A DNA stretch of 64,000 bases from Octopus bimaculoides. Its lineage: Eukaryota. Each line of letters starts with the position of its first letter. Within the stretch, counting starts at the first letter, position 1. Location: positions 92,263,830 through 92,327,829 of the forward strand of contig NC_068990.1 in assembly GCF_001194135.2 (NCBI RefSeq), written 5' to 3'. Shown piece by piece: positions 23,719 to 36,830 of this stretch. Under the pieces are notes generated by a model that saw nothing but the letters and a program-made list of their open reading frames with translations, was not told the origin of the DNA and ran no database searches. The position numbers and the translations under genes are program-made.

Positions 23719-25814
23719 AACGAATCTTGTATGCGAATGTGTGTATGTATGTAATATACATACATACATTCATATTGTATACATAAATACATACATATTG
23801 TGGTGGGAGTGTGTTTGTGTGAGTCTTCTGTATTTAATCATTCAAATTTTTCCTGTGAAGAAGGATTTGGTTTCTAACAAAGATACAAAACTCCATCATT
23901 GGAATGTAACGAAAACAATATCACATTTTAAAACTGAAAAAAGTCTTGCATAGCTTTACTGTTCCGCTTATAGATTGGGGATTGAACTATGAAAAGCAAG
24001 GTGTGCAGGTTCTTGTAGAGAAACTATTTGGCTATTCACACAAAAGAGAATGAAAATGACCAGTAGGAGCTGCAAGAGATAGATAATGGTGATGAGGTGC
24101 CTAGATGGCACAAGGTGAGTTGAAGAATTAGTCTGCATGATTGTATGGGATAGAAAATGAGGGGAGACAGACTGCCAGAATGATTAGGATTGAAGGGTAG
24201 AGGATTAAGGAGTCGTGTGTGTATGTGTGTGTAGGAAGAAAGAGAGATAAGTTGCTTTTTCAATTCTTGCCAAAGGTAATTATAATTAAAAAGCCTCTAA
24301 TTGGTTTGTACTGATGGGATCATATATTCATGTCAAAACAGTACGGGCTGCAAATATTAAGAGAGTAAATATTATAGTTGAAATGAAATGAAATGAAGTG
24401 GTGAGAAAGAATATGGTGTGTTTTAATTAACGAGGAAGACTAAATTTCTTGCAATACTTCAATTCATGCAAAAAACACAAAAAACAAAAAAAAAAAACAC
24501 AGGACAACCAAAAAGAAACAAGTTAAGAACTAAAATCTCTGAAATTTGGACTAGAAACTCAAATTCCATTTGTTTTTGTTTTTTTGTTTTTTTTTTGTTA
24601 CTCTGGCTTTCAATATTCCAAGGCTGATAAAATCCTAACCCATCAGACATGGTGGTCAATTTAATTGGCAAGATCCATGCCCACCAAATTTGCAGTCTTC
24701 TACTTGGCACAATTAATATATCAACAAAGCTCCTCGTTGTGTTAGCTTATGTCCCTCTGTATTCTGAGTTCAAATTCTGCTAGGTTGATATTATTATTAT
24801 CATTATTATTACAAAGGCAATATGGTATTTAGTCATGTCTCTGTATGTTCTTAGTTCAAATCTTGTTGACAGCATCTTTCCTGAGTCAATACAAAATCCA
24901 CGTGTGTCCTGTGTCTGTGTGAGAAATCATAATTATTAAAGATAGTTACTTGTTGCTTTTGTTGTTGTTTTAAAATAAAACTGAACTTCTATTTTAAATG
25001 AGTCAGTTTATATGAATAACCTTCTTTTCTTTTTTTTTTTAATATTTCAATAATGTCAAATGACATCATTGCATCAACAACAGGCGACAAATATCTCACA
25101 ATATAATTTGCCATTTACTTTCAATTAATTTTCCTCAACTGAGGGGAAGGAAAAAAAAACAGATCGTCTTGTCAAATTTTAATATGAGGAGAGAGAGAGA
25201 GAAAGAGAGAGAGGGGGAGAAAAAAAGAGTGTGATAAAGAGATAAAAAAGAGACATGCAGACAGAGAGAAGGTTATGGAGAGAGAGAGGGAGAGACTAAA
25301 AGACAGATAGGCATTCAGACAAATTTACTTCATTTCACAATGTTTCTGTTATGAAGATAACGGTGAAATCATATTCATTTCAAATTCTTCAACTGCATGT
25401 TTTGAATTTTTCGGAAGTGAGGAAAAGAAGAGCTTTATCTAATTGCATAGGTGCAACTAGATTTTGGTTTTCATGGAATGGTTGACTAAGACTGTTAACA
25501 TCTCTCAATTACAATGTCTTCTTCAGATGTTGACATCAATCCGTCCATCCATACACACATACAAACCTACATAAATTCGTACATACGTAGATGTATGTAA
25601 ACAGGGTGAAAACAACCGATGCTCCACACTAGCAATATCTTAATTCTTTCTGTAACGAAATCAAACTACATTCAAATGAAAGAGTAGAAGAGGTTATAAA
25701 TACAATGTCTGTGGAGGTGGTGGGGGTTTTATCTCCCCGTGCATTTTGCACCAAAAAGCCAATACGACTGTTTCTCTCACAATAACTACCACCATATAGT
25801 TTATTCTAACATAA

Positions 25815-25900
25815 CAGTGGTTCCCAAAGTGGGTAGCATTGCCCCGCCATGGGGGCAGTGGAAAGTTCCAAGGGGGTGTTGAAGAAAAGTGGTGCAATAA
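25815..25900. mobile_element. Left end of a hAT/Charlie-type MITE
   Basis: CAGTGGTTCCCAAAGTGGG terminus as at 16923; right end not found. Confidence 0.5.
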
Positions 25901-27023
25901 TGGGGTAGCGATTCATGTAAAAACAACAAAATAATGGATTCATTGTGTTATGTCTTATTTGTGGAATACAGTTGCTTTGAATTTGCTTCAGAAAGAGGTT
26001 TACGTTTGTGATGGTTAGTTGGCCTTGTGCCAAAATTAGGAAGAATTATTAAGCATTTCCCTGCTTTTACTCATACTGAGGTGGCAGAGTTGTTAGAGCA
26101 TTGGTAAAAGGCTTTGTGGCATTTCTTCCATCTCTATCATGGTCAGCTCTGCCTTTCGTTCTTCCAGGGTTGGTAAAATAAAATAAAGTTTTTACCTATT
26201 ATATCCTATTTCTTTGCTATGGTGCCAGATAAATTTATAAAGTTGGAAATCATCCAAATTCAGAATAAAACAATTTGGGTACAGCTGTTTGGACAATTTG
26301 GCACAACTGACAGGACATTCAGCCTGCTGTGACAACAGTATTTTTTTGATGCTGGAGGCAAACACTCACACACACACAGAGAAATATTCACGTAGAGAAA
26401 CAGAAAGAGACATTACAGTTTATTAATTGAGCATAATTGACATAAACACTCTCCCTTTTCTCAAACACGTAGAGAAATATGCTCACATGAATATTTCATC
26501 AGAGAGAGAGACAGGGAGAGAGAAAGAAGGAGAGAAACATTAAAATGTCTGATGTCAAATCAATCAGCATTGGCGCCAAAATGTCTCAAACCCTCTCTGT
26601 TTTTCCAATCCCCACAGGGCTCTTCTTATGAAAAACATTGGCATGTATAACATCTCAAAACTCCAATGCATAAACAAAACCTGCTTACTACCTTTAGGGG
26701 CCAGAAAATACTTCATCACTAATCAGTCGCTAATCCTCAAGACAGTAGAAGACCTTTCATTAGAGTACTGTTCACATTTACTTGGTAATGCTGCAACTGC
26801 TATGGATACTATTGTATCCATGGTTACATCCAAAAAGTTATTCTGTTTCTTCACTCTCTCTTATACCACATTTTATCAACCCTGAAAGGACAAAAGGCTA
26901 AGTCAACTATGGCAGATTCTGAACTCAGAGCCTAAGGACAGATGGAATGCTTTTAAGCATTTTACCCAGAATGCTAATGGTTCTGCCAAGTGATAACACT
27001 AAAAATGAGCATATTGTATAATA

Positions 27024-27482
27024 GTGGCACGCAATAAGCACCATGCATGCATGGGTCATTGCCAGTGCCACCTGACTGGTTCCCTGTGCCGGTGGCACAT
27101 AAAAGCACCATCCGAATGTGGTCGATGACAGCCCCCACCTCAACTGGCTCCTGTGCCAGTGACACATGAAAAGCATCATCCAAACGTGGCCAATGCCACC
27201 CCACTTCCGCTCCAATTGGCTCTTGCGCTAGTGGCACATAAAAAGCACCATCAGACGTGGCCGATGCCGGTGCCATCTGATTGGCTCCCATGCCAGTGGC
27301 ACGTAAAAATCACCCACTACACTCTCAGAGTGGCTGACATTAGAAAGGGCAACCAGCTGTAGAAGCATTGCCAGATCAGATTGGAGCCTGGTGCGGCCTC
27401 CTGGCTTGCAAGTCCCCAGTCAAACCGTCCAACCCATGCCAGCATGGAAAACGGATGTTAAATGATGATGATGATGATGATG
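27024..27482 (+). mobile_element. RTE-type LINE/SINE 3' region with an internal ~68-bp x5 minisatellite and (GAT)n tail
   Basis: GTGGCAC..AAAAGCACC anchors at 27024, 27092, 27159, 27231 and 27296, then CACTACACTCTC.GAGTGG...CCAACCCATGC.AGCATGGAAA.CGGA.GTTAAA(TGA)n as at 45931 and 62434. Confidence 0.7.
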
Positions 27483-28208
27483 TGCTCAGGTACATAACAA
27501 CTCCTCAGAAAAGATTACAAGAGGCAGCAGAAAGCAGACAGATACGTAAAAACAGACAGTAATGAAAGGTACAAGTACATGCAGAGTGTGCAGAATAAAA
27601 CACAAAAAGACATAAAAATGAACAACGTTAAAAGAATCATAAAGAGGGAAGAGTGCATAGGCATGTGTGTGTGTGTGTGTGTGTGTGAGTACAAAGTTTA
27701 CAGTTTAGATAAAATGCTTCTCAAATATGCTTGTATCTGTGTAATGGCCAAGATAATATTCTAAACATACTATATCTTATCATTGTTGCTATTCCCCACA
27801 ATGACATGGAAGAATTTCATCTAAATTGGTGATAATTTCCTAAAACTGTATTTGCATCCCACAACAATTTCACCCTCTACAACCAGCAAAGATTATGATT
27901 TTTTTTTTTAAATCTTGTAGTCAGAAGTGTTTCATGACTCTTTACAGGGCCTCTGAGAGTAACGGGAAGGTGGGGGGCAGTTATCTTGAAACCAAAGGTC
28001 GGACCTGAATGCTTGCAACAGTGGTCTCTGTACAAAGACCGATTTTCAACCAATAACAATATACAGTGATAGATACCTTGCAGTACGAGTTTAATTCGTT
28101 CTATGACTGAGCTCATCTTATGATTTACCCGTTTTACAAATTAATTTTTCCCATTGAAATTAACTAAAATATAATTAATCCATTCCAGCCCCTAAAACCA
28201 ATCAAATA

Positions 28209-28436
28209 TTGGGTTGTCCGGAAAGTTCGTGCCGATTTATAGTAGCTTACCTTTTGACTTATTTGCCATGAAACCACCTCAATTCTGGGAAGAGGGTATT
28301 TTCAAGTTAAAGGAAAGATGGAGACGCATTGTGCAACAAAATGGTTCATATTTGGTTGATTAAAAATGTAATGGCAAGTATTTATTGACCTTTTTCTTTT
28401 CTTTAAAAATCAGCACAGACTTTCCGTAAAACCCAA
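28209..28436 (+). mobile_element. Internally deleted mariner (MITE) retaining the transposase C-terminus
   Basis: TA flanks; TIRs TTGGGTTGTCCGGAAAGTTCGTGCCGATTT / AAATCAGCACAGACTTTCCGTAAAACCCAA; internal KPPQFWEEGIFKLKERWRRIVQQNGSYLVD*. Confidence 0.9.
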
Positions 28437-28714
28437 TATAATTTTTTATGGGTTTTAAAACAGAAAAGGTGTAATTACAAGTAAAATGACAATTATAAAA
28501 AAGAGAATACAAAAAAGATATGTAAAGTGATTTTATTAACTTAATTACTTTAAAGATGGGACGATCTGTGTGCTCATACTGCAGATTTCCACTCGTACTT
28601 CATGAAACAATTCGTACAAATCTCAGCTTGTACAGTAAATTACTTGTTTAGTGGGACACTAGTACAGCGAGGTTCTACCGTATTTATAACACATTTTGTA
28701 TGGAAATGTATGCA

Positions 28715-28872
28715 AAGTGGCAAACTGGCAGAATTGCTGGCACGCTAGGCAAAATGCTTAGCAGTATTTCATTTGCCATTACGTTCTGAGTTCAAATTCC
28801 ACCAAGGTCAACTTTGCCTTTCATCCTTTTGGGGTTGATTAATTAAGTACCTGTTACGCACTGGGGTTGATG
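28715..28872 (+). mobile_element. SINE family B, 5' and body
   Basis: TGGCAGAATTGCTGGCACG...TTCTGAGTTCAAATTCC...CTTTGCCTTTCATCCTTTTGGGGTTGAT. Confidence 0.75.
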
Positions 28873-28879
28873 TCTTGTT

Positions 28880-29046
28880 TTCAAAAGTTTTGAATTAAAA
28901 TCTTCCACCAAACCTTACACACAATTTATGTTCCTAACACTAGATTAATGGTAACTTAAGTTATTTTACAAAATACTTTGTTATATTAAAAATAATAGAG
29001 AGAAAAACAGAGCATCTCAACAGAAATACAGTAACGAAAGGGTTAA
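28880..29046. mobile_element. piggyBac-type MITE right end (separate left ends at 31149 and 33778)
   Basis: Ends GTAACGAAAGGG|TTAA; 31149 starts TTAA|CCCTTTCGTTAC. TTAA plus CCC termini are typical of piggyBac. Confidence 0.6.
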
Positions 29047-29785
29047 GAAATTCTAGGTTATATCGGTGTCTCTTGCTGTAGTAAACTATAGCACACAACA
29101 ACTGGATTTATATATATATATAGATATACATATATATATTAAAAAAAAGCAGATTTAGTGCCAGAATAAACAGAAGCACAAACAGATTATCAGCTTGGAA
29201 TATTCCCTTTGAAAATAGTTATAATATTGGAAGCATTTGGTCTAGTTTCAACGATAAGTGTGAGGATTGCTCAACAGGTTTTTGTAAGTCTACAAATGAC
29301 TGCAACTAAGACAGCAGACATTTTTGCCATGTGCAATGACTTCAGCACCATCAGTGAGAAATAGAATCAACTGACTGTCTGTAATCAAGCCATTCTCTTT
29401 TAACAAAGTTTCTGCAATGCTTCCTTCATTTGAATAGCACATGTATGTACATACATAAATGTGTGTGTGTGTGTATGTGTGTGTACATATGTATGTCTAG
29501 ATATGTATGTGCATGTCTTTGTATGTGTGTGTATATGTGCTTGTGTGTTTGTGTATGGGTGTATGTATGTCTAGATATGTATATGCATAAATCTGTATGT
29601 GCGTATATGTGTGTGTATCCTGTGTGTATGTGTGATATGAGGCCTGTGAAATAAAGGGGAAAAACAGTGAGAAATGATGAGTGAACAAATTGTGAAGAAA
29701 CAAGAGAAGCCAAGAAGAAAAAACAAGAAGATGTCTAGATATCATATATCATATATATGCATATGTCTTCACATATGTGTGTGTA

Positions 29786-29862
<77 letters not shown>

Positions 29863-30633
29863 NNNNNNNNNNNNNNNNNNNNNNNNNNNNNNNNNNNNNN
29901 NNNNNNNNNNNNNNNNNNNNNNNNNNNNNNNNNNNNNNNNNNNNNNNNNNNNNNNNNNNNNNNNNNNNNNNNNNNNNNNNNNNNNNNNNNNNNNNNNNNN
30001 NNNNNNNNNNNNNNNNNNNNNNNNNNNNNNNNNNNNNNNNNNNNNNNNNNNNNNNNNNNNNNNNNNNNNNNNNNNNNNNNNNNNNNNNNNNNNNNNNNNN
30101 NNNNNNNNNNNNNNNNNNNNNNNNNNNNNNNNNNNNNNNNNNNNNNNNNNNNNNNNNNNNNNNNNNNNNNNNNNNNNNNNNNNNNNNNNNNNNNNNNNNN
30201 NNNNNNNNNNNNNNNNNNNNNNNNNNNNNNNNNNNNNNNNNNNNNNNNNNNNNNNNNNNNNNNNNNNNNNNNNNNNNNNNNNNNNNNNNNNNNNNNNNNN
30301 NNNNNNNNNNNNNNNNNTATATGTATATATATATATGTATGTATATATATATGTGTGTATATATATGTATATATATATATATGTATGTATATATATATGT
30401 ATGTATATATATGTATATATATATATATATGTATGTATATATATGTATATATATATATATGTATGTATATATATGTATATATATTTGAAGGTTTGGAGGT
30501 GATGTACAGAAATTATATAGAAAGAAATTTTTATTAAGGTACTCAGAAACCTGGATGTTTGTACATTTACAGATTTTTATTAATGTCACATATTAAATGA
30601 AGTGCTTTTCACCTAGTCGTGTAGGTTTTTCAA

Positions 30634-30668
<35 letters not shown>

Positions 30669-32289
30669 TATGTATGTATATATATGCATGTATATATACA
30701 TGTATATATATATACATACATGATGGTAAGTTGATAAGTTTGGTTTGTGGGTAGATAGGATGCAAATGGAATTTGCTTAGTTTGTTATATAAGTTTTACA
30801 AGAAAGCAGAAATCTGTGTTAAGTATTTCTTGGATATGGTGTTATCTGGAAGTAGAGCATATCTAGATATGTTCTACTTGTTTGGTTGTTTGAAAAAAGC
30901 AGGACTCATTCAGTGACAGTTTATATTTCTGCACTGACTTGAAAAAAAAAAGTTAGTGAACAATCGTAACTATTTCTCAACAAAATAATCAAAGTGGACA
31001 CTAACTTGTTCGGATTTTCATTCGTGTGTGTGTGGTGGTGGTTGCATATGTGTGTGAGGTGGTGGTGATGGTGGTGGGGTTTGCATGTGTGTATGTGTGA
31101 GAATGTGTATAAAAAAACACTGTCAATGCAACATACATAACATGTTGCTTAACCCTTTCGTTACTGTATTTATTTTGAGATGTATATATATATATATATA
31201 TATTACAGAAAATACAGGAAATCTTAAATGCTTTGAAGATTGTGTAAGTACCCATAGAAGATGGAAAAAATGTGGCCAGCAAGCCACTACGGAACTCTCT
31301 ACCCCTAAAATTCCATGCTGAGCGGTCTGTACCATTAAGCTAAGTGACCCTTGATTCGGGCTCAGCCAGAACTCCAGAGGTACAGAGTTCCATTCCCTAC
31401 AGTGGCTTGCTGATCACTTTTTGCTGTATTTATCCAATCTTCTAAGTAATTTGCACAGCTATTCTGCATTCAAGATTTCCTCTATTCTCTGTAAAATACT
31501 CACTTGGTTCCTTCAAAGTTTATATATATATATATATATATACATACACACACACACATACACAAAGAAAGACACAGTTTATTGTGTCTCCCCATGTTTT
31601 AACTGAGTACTCCCACCTCCTATAGTTCTGATTAGATAAACCTTTCGGTATGATGTAATGATAAATTGGTGAAATGCCAAACTGTGGCACCATGGCCCAA
31701 TTCTAGCAAATATCAACAAGTCTCAAGTAATTCTACATGGCAAGTGTAGTACTATGTCTCCCAATTCTGTTACAGAAAAATAGAAATGTCACTCTACACA
31801 CACCATACACACACACACACAAGCATACACATACACACACATACATGTGTGTGTATATAAATACATACATATATGTATGTGTCAGTGTGTGTGTGTGTGT
31901 GTGCATGTAGGGTATGTATGTATATATGTATGTATGTATGTATGTATATAGTTAAGGAGAAATAGATGGAATAAACCCAGACATATAACTCAGTAAGTAG
32001 TCCATGTACACAAAACCCAGCTAACAGGATGTCCAATCAGGTTTATAATAATTTGTCACAGGTTGCTACTTTTATGTGACAGGTACAAGTTGTAAATGGA
32101 AAATCCAGACAACTCACTACTTTTAATGTATTAATCACTCAATATGTTTGTTACAGTTCTATATTTAAGACATGGGGAATTATGTACTTTAGTTACATAA
32201 TTCCAAGTTCGATTCCAAGCAGTGACCTGAATAATAATAATAATATTTAATAATAATAATAATAATGATAATAATAATAACAACAACAT

Positions 32290-32432
32290 CGAAAAATACA
32301 TTAGGAATGAGAACCCAGGTTCAAAATTTTCCCAAGACACCTGATGAAGGCTGGAGGGTATATCAGCCGAAATGTTGTATGAACAACAAACAAGATGAGG
32401 ATAAATATCCGTCAAATGTAAATAATGTACTA
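32290..32432 (+). mobile_element. Penelope-like terminal fragment
   Basis: Same family as 2431-2558; carries a hammerhead motif; preceded by (AAT)n. Confidence 0.6.
32337..32380 (+). ncRNA. Minimal type I hammerhead ribozyme, slightly decayed
   Basis: ACAC-CUGAUGA-A-GGCUG(10-nt loop)CAGCC-GAAA-UG-UU-GUAU. Core and 5-bp stem II are intact; one stem I mismatch and a CG>TG change in the palindromic stem III. Confidence 0.6.
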
Positions 32433-32807
32433 AATATATTTGTAAAAAAAGAAGAAAAGAATCAGGGATAATATCCATTTGATACTTCATTCTCTCACGT
32501 ACGTTTCAATGACTGGATTATAGAACAGTTGCCTTCTGAGCCATTTTTCTCAAAGTTTTATAAGTATTTCAGTGATATTTTTAGGGCTTTGAAAAAAATG
32601 GCTTGGAAGGTAACTGTTGTGTGTAAACTGGTTGATTAACTGATCAATTAGTGTAGTGATTAAGCATGCAAATTCCTGTGCATATATATATATATAATGA
32701 ATGTGTGAGTGCATGTACACACACACACACACATGTATGTATGTGCTTGTGAATGTGTGTGTGTGTATGTATGTATGCATGCATGCATGTATGTATGTAT
32801 GTATGTA

Positions 32808-32851
<44 letters not shown>

Positions 32852-32982
32852 TGCTTGTTCAATAAGTTTGTGTAGTTGATGCCCTGGACTTGCACTGACT
32901 GATGGACTCAGATTCTGCTCATAGCCAAATGTGTTTCCTATACATAATAACCTTTTACTTCAAAGCTTCAGCATTGTAACTA

Positions 32983-33013
<31 letters not shown>

Positions 33014-33014
33014 A

Positions 33015-33165
33015 TCATCATCATCATCACTATTATCATCATTTCATATCCATGTTCCATGCTGGTATGGTTTGGACAGGATCCAATGAGTCCAAGGACT
33101 GCATCTTACTCCAATGCCTGCTTTGGCATCATTTCTATGGCTGGATGCCCTTCCTAATGCCAAAC
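33015..33165 (-). mobile_element. RTE-type 3' tail, reverse orientation (also 42213-42440 and 49520-49680)
   Basis: (CAT)n then TTCCATGCTGG.ATGG.TTGGA...CTGGATGCCCTTCCTAATGCCAA. Confidence 0.7.
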
Positions 33166-33854
33166 GCACAATATATGTATGTATAGAGAGACAGACAGAT
33201 TAGATATTAGGTTTTCAACTGTGATATTGGAGTATAAGAATGTAAACATTCCTTCTGTGCTTTCTATATGCAGAGAAAAAGATGAATCTTGTGGTTTGTT
33301 GATTGCCCCCCAGAAAGGATGTGTCCAATCTCATTTACCAATTGATGACATAGAAATTCAACTGCTGTATAAATCAGTTAGGAATTTCACTACTACTTTG
33401 GTTGATAGCTTAATTTGCATATTTGTTGCTTAGATGAGTTTTCATTAATTAAACAGTTATATTTTATGCACAATATAGTGTCAATTAGATGAATTGAAAT
33501 TTTAAATACTTGAAAACTTTCAGCTATGAGAGTAAATTATATCAATGTATATACATTCCCTCAATGTGTAGATTTGTTGGAAATCACCAGGCAATTAGTT
33601 AGGTCTACTTCATATAAATCCTGCCCTGTCCTGCTAAAGGCCTTTTAGGGCTCTACCAAGTGCCACTGTCCATTTATTTACAGTCATTTGACATCTCTTA
33701 AAAACTTATACAGTTCCTGAATTCTTGGCAAATGTTCTAAATAGGTGCAGCATTTGTGACCAAGTGAAAGAGGAGCTTTAACCCTTTAACATTTAAACCT
33801 ACCATGTCTGGCCCAAATATTCTACTTGTTTTATGTTCAAAGACATGAACAGAA

Positions 33855-33891
<37 letters not shown>

Positions 33892-35215
33892 TTATATGAC
33901 TACACATTTTTAAAGTTATATGGGAAAATAAGAGAAATGAATCAGATTTAGAATGTTTGAGTGTTAATATATACAACGAAACAGAAGTATTAATACAAAA
34001 AGACACTTGAAAATGAAACCAAGCCACATATTGAATCATATGCGCACACACACACATGCACGCACGCGTGCACACACACACACACACACGCACACACACA
34101 CACACACACACACATTGTGCTTAAAGTAATAAGATGCTTGCAGGAATCTATAACTATGCGTTGCAGATATTACAAAGAGTTTTGTATTTATATACACTGA
34201 AATTGGAGAATTCAGTAAGTGATGTAATTTCATTTCAAGTGACCCATGATATTAGCTGTTATTTTATATCATTATGTGTGCACAAGTATGCACATGTGTG
34301 TGTGTGTCTTAGTTTTAATCACTGGAATGTGGCCAGAGCTGGGAGTCATTATCTTGAAAGGTTTTAGTTGATCAAGTGAGCCACATTTCTTTTTTTTTTT
34401 AATCCAGTTCTGATTCCCTTGATCATTGTTTTGTCGAACTGCTAAGTTACAAGAACATAAACAAACAGCGATCACCAGATCTTTTAGGTTTAAACTGCTT
34501 CTTCCAATTTTGTTGAAAATTTCTACAAAGATGTAATTTTGCATGATGATGATGACAACCGTTTTATGGGGGTTGCTACTTTTTTCCCTAAATCTGACAA
34601 CACTAATCACAACAAATTATTATTTTTGGAGAAATTAATAATAAAGACATTACATAAACCTTTAAAGATGAAAATATTTAATGAAAGAAAATAATTGCAA
34701 CAAATTTTGAAATTCACTACAAACCCAACAGCAGCAAAAAGTGCAGTCTTAATTTAGCAGAGAAATAAGGAATACAGTTTCCCCATTTCCATCATGTGAC
34801 CACACATGCTCTTCAACCACTCCCTTCATATTACTCCTCATCCCTATCTCTCTCTTCTTCCTCACCCTTTCCCCTTCATCATCCCACAACCAATAATGAG
34901 TAAGAGAGACCAAACTAAGGGGTATAACTCTGATGGGCTTTTGTCAATTGTTTTTTTTTTTTTTCCATTCATGAGTGTCATTCCCCTTTTGTTTTCACAT
35001 CTCTGGGAGGAATAAACCCTTTATGGTGATCTCAGGTCACCAGTAATACAAGGTCTAAGTTATACTTTACTATTCAGCCATGTATTCGAACTGTTAATTT
35101 ACCTTGCCACGCTTGAAAGGTTCTTCTTCAAGAAACCGCTCGGTAACATGAATTGGCTGTTATGAGACTAAATATATAATAGTATGTATGTACGTACACA
35201 CACACACACACGTGC

Positions 35216-35278
<63 letters not shown>

Positions 35279-35449
35279 AAGGGGGAGAGGGAGAGAGACG
35301 TGTAATGAAAGAAACGTGGGAAACAGCAAAAAGGACAATAAAATCCATTGAAAATCTTATTTCTTCATGGGTCTGTGCACACAGTATAATTATATACAAG
35401 TGTATAAACATACTATCTAGATAGTCATTTGAATTCTTAATTCTTAATT

Positions 35450-35566
35450 CTTTTCCTAACATCCAAGATCTTCTTTCAAACAATTTCTTTTCACCTCCTC
35501 GTCATTAAGGCCACGCACCTTCATGACCAATCCATAAAGAGCGTTGCAGGAAGCAATACGGAGGGA
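35450..35566 (-). pseudogene. Possible LINE AP-endonuclease N-terminus remnant
   Basis: SLRIASCN[ALYGLVMK]VRGLNDEEVKRNCL resembles LRIASWNVRGLN...KR with an insertion. Confidence 0.3.
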
Positions 35567-36606
35567 GAATGCTTAAGAAAAGGCAGTAAAGAGTACATTC
35601 TGTTCTTCAAGGAGCAAAATCACCGTTGCAGCAAAAGTGACAAAGCATTTCTTTGTTACTGTCATGTTAAAATGATTCATAAAGATCCAAGAGAGTAAAT
35701 AAAAAGTGTAATAAGTGGAGAACAGAAGACACACAAAGGAAATGGAAGCTCCAGTGAAACTATTAACTACCAATCAAAGCTTAATATTTCTTGCTCAATC
35801 CGGCTTGCAATCAACCAAAAAAAAAAATAGAGCGAGATTTATATCGACGTCATGCCGGGTACTATCACCCACCTTCCAGGAAAAAAATTCCTTTGCCAGA
35901 ATTTATCTCTTCCAATCTTAAACTCGTACTTCGAATGTGTAAACATCCGTCTAAACTTGTTTGCAGAAAGCTGAAGGACAGGTTTTTAGTGAAATATAAA
36001 CTTCAAACAGGAAGGTAAAGATCACACCGACACATACACATGCAGACGCATACCCTCATACACGCACGCAAACACACATGTATAAAATGTATGTATAAGT
36101 GTGTATACATATATGTATGTATATATACACTCTAAGTAATTGTCTACTGAATTCTTATTAAGCATAGTCCATTATATATATATATANNNNNNNNNNNNNN
36201 NNNNNNNNNNNNNNNNNNNNNNNNNNNNNNNNNNNNNNNNNNNNNNNNNNNNNNNNNNNNNNNNNNNNNNNNNNNNNNNNNNNNNNNNNNNNNNNNNNNN
36301 NNNNNNNNNNNNNNNNNNNNNNNNNNNNNNNNNNNNNNNNNNNNNNNNNNNNNNNNNNNNNNNNNNNNNNNNNNNNNNNNNNNNNNNNNNNNNNNNNNNN
36401 NNNNNNNNNNNNNNNNNNNNNNNNNNNNNNNNNNNNNNNNNNNNNNNNNNNNNNNNNNNNNNNNNNNNNNNNNNNNNNNNNNNNNNNNNNNNNNNNNNNN
36501 NNNNNNNNNNNNNNNNNNNNNNNNNNNNNNNNNNNNNNNNNNNNNNNNNNNNNNNNNNNNNNNNNNNNNNNNNNNNNNNNNNNNNNNNNNNNNNNNNNNN
36601 NNNNNN

Positions 36607-36830
36607 GCATATATGGGTACAGGACATTGCAAACAAACGTAGACGAGAACACACGAGCCACATAGAGAACATCTCCTTCATCAGCCACCCACATTTTAAC
36701 ACCGGCGTTTCGACGAGCTTGGGCAGGACGCATCGCTAAAACGGCTCGTCCCATGGATCGCAGATTAAATTTGTATACGCAAATTAAATCTAGCCATGGA
36801 GGAATGTAGTGGCGGACAAAAAACAAGACA
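36607..36830. mobile_element. Penelope-like terminal fragment
   Basis: Starts GCATATATGGGTACAGGAC like 8722. The minus strand has a GACGAGC/GCTCGTC stem followed by GAAACG, but the core is degenerate. Confidence 0.4.

Noticed and set aside
27024-27318. Regularly spaced repeats superficially like a CRISPR array
   Set aside because: The whole units are homologous (no unique spacers), the context is eukaryotic, and there are no cas genes.
36690-36760. Hammerhead-like GACGAGC...GCTCGTC-GAAACG on the minus strand
   Set aside because: No CUGANGA core upstream of the stem; recorded only as a Penelope-like fragment.
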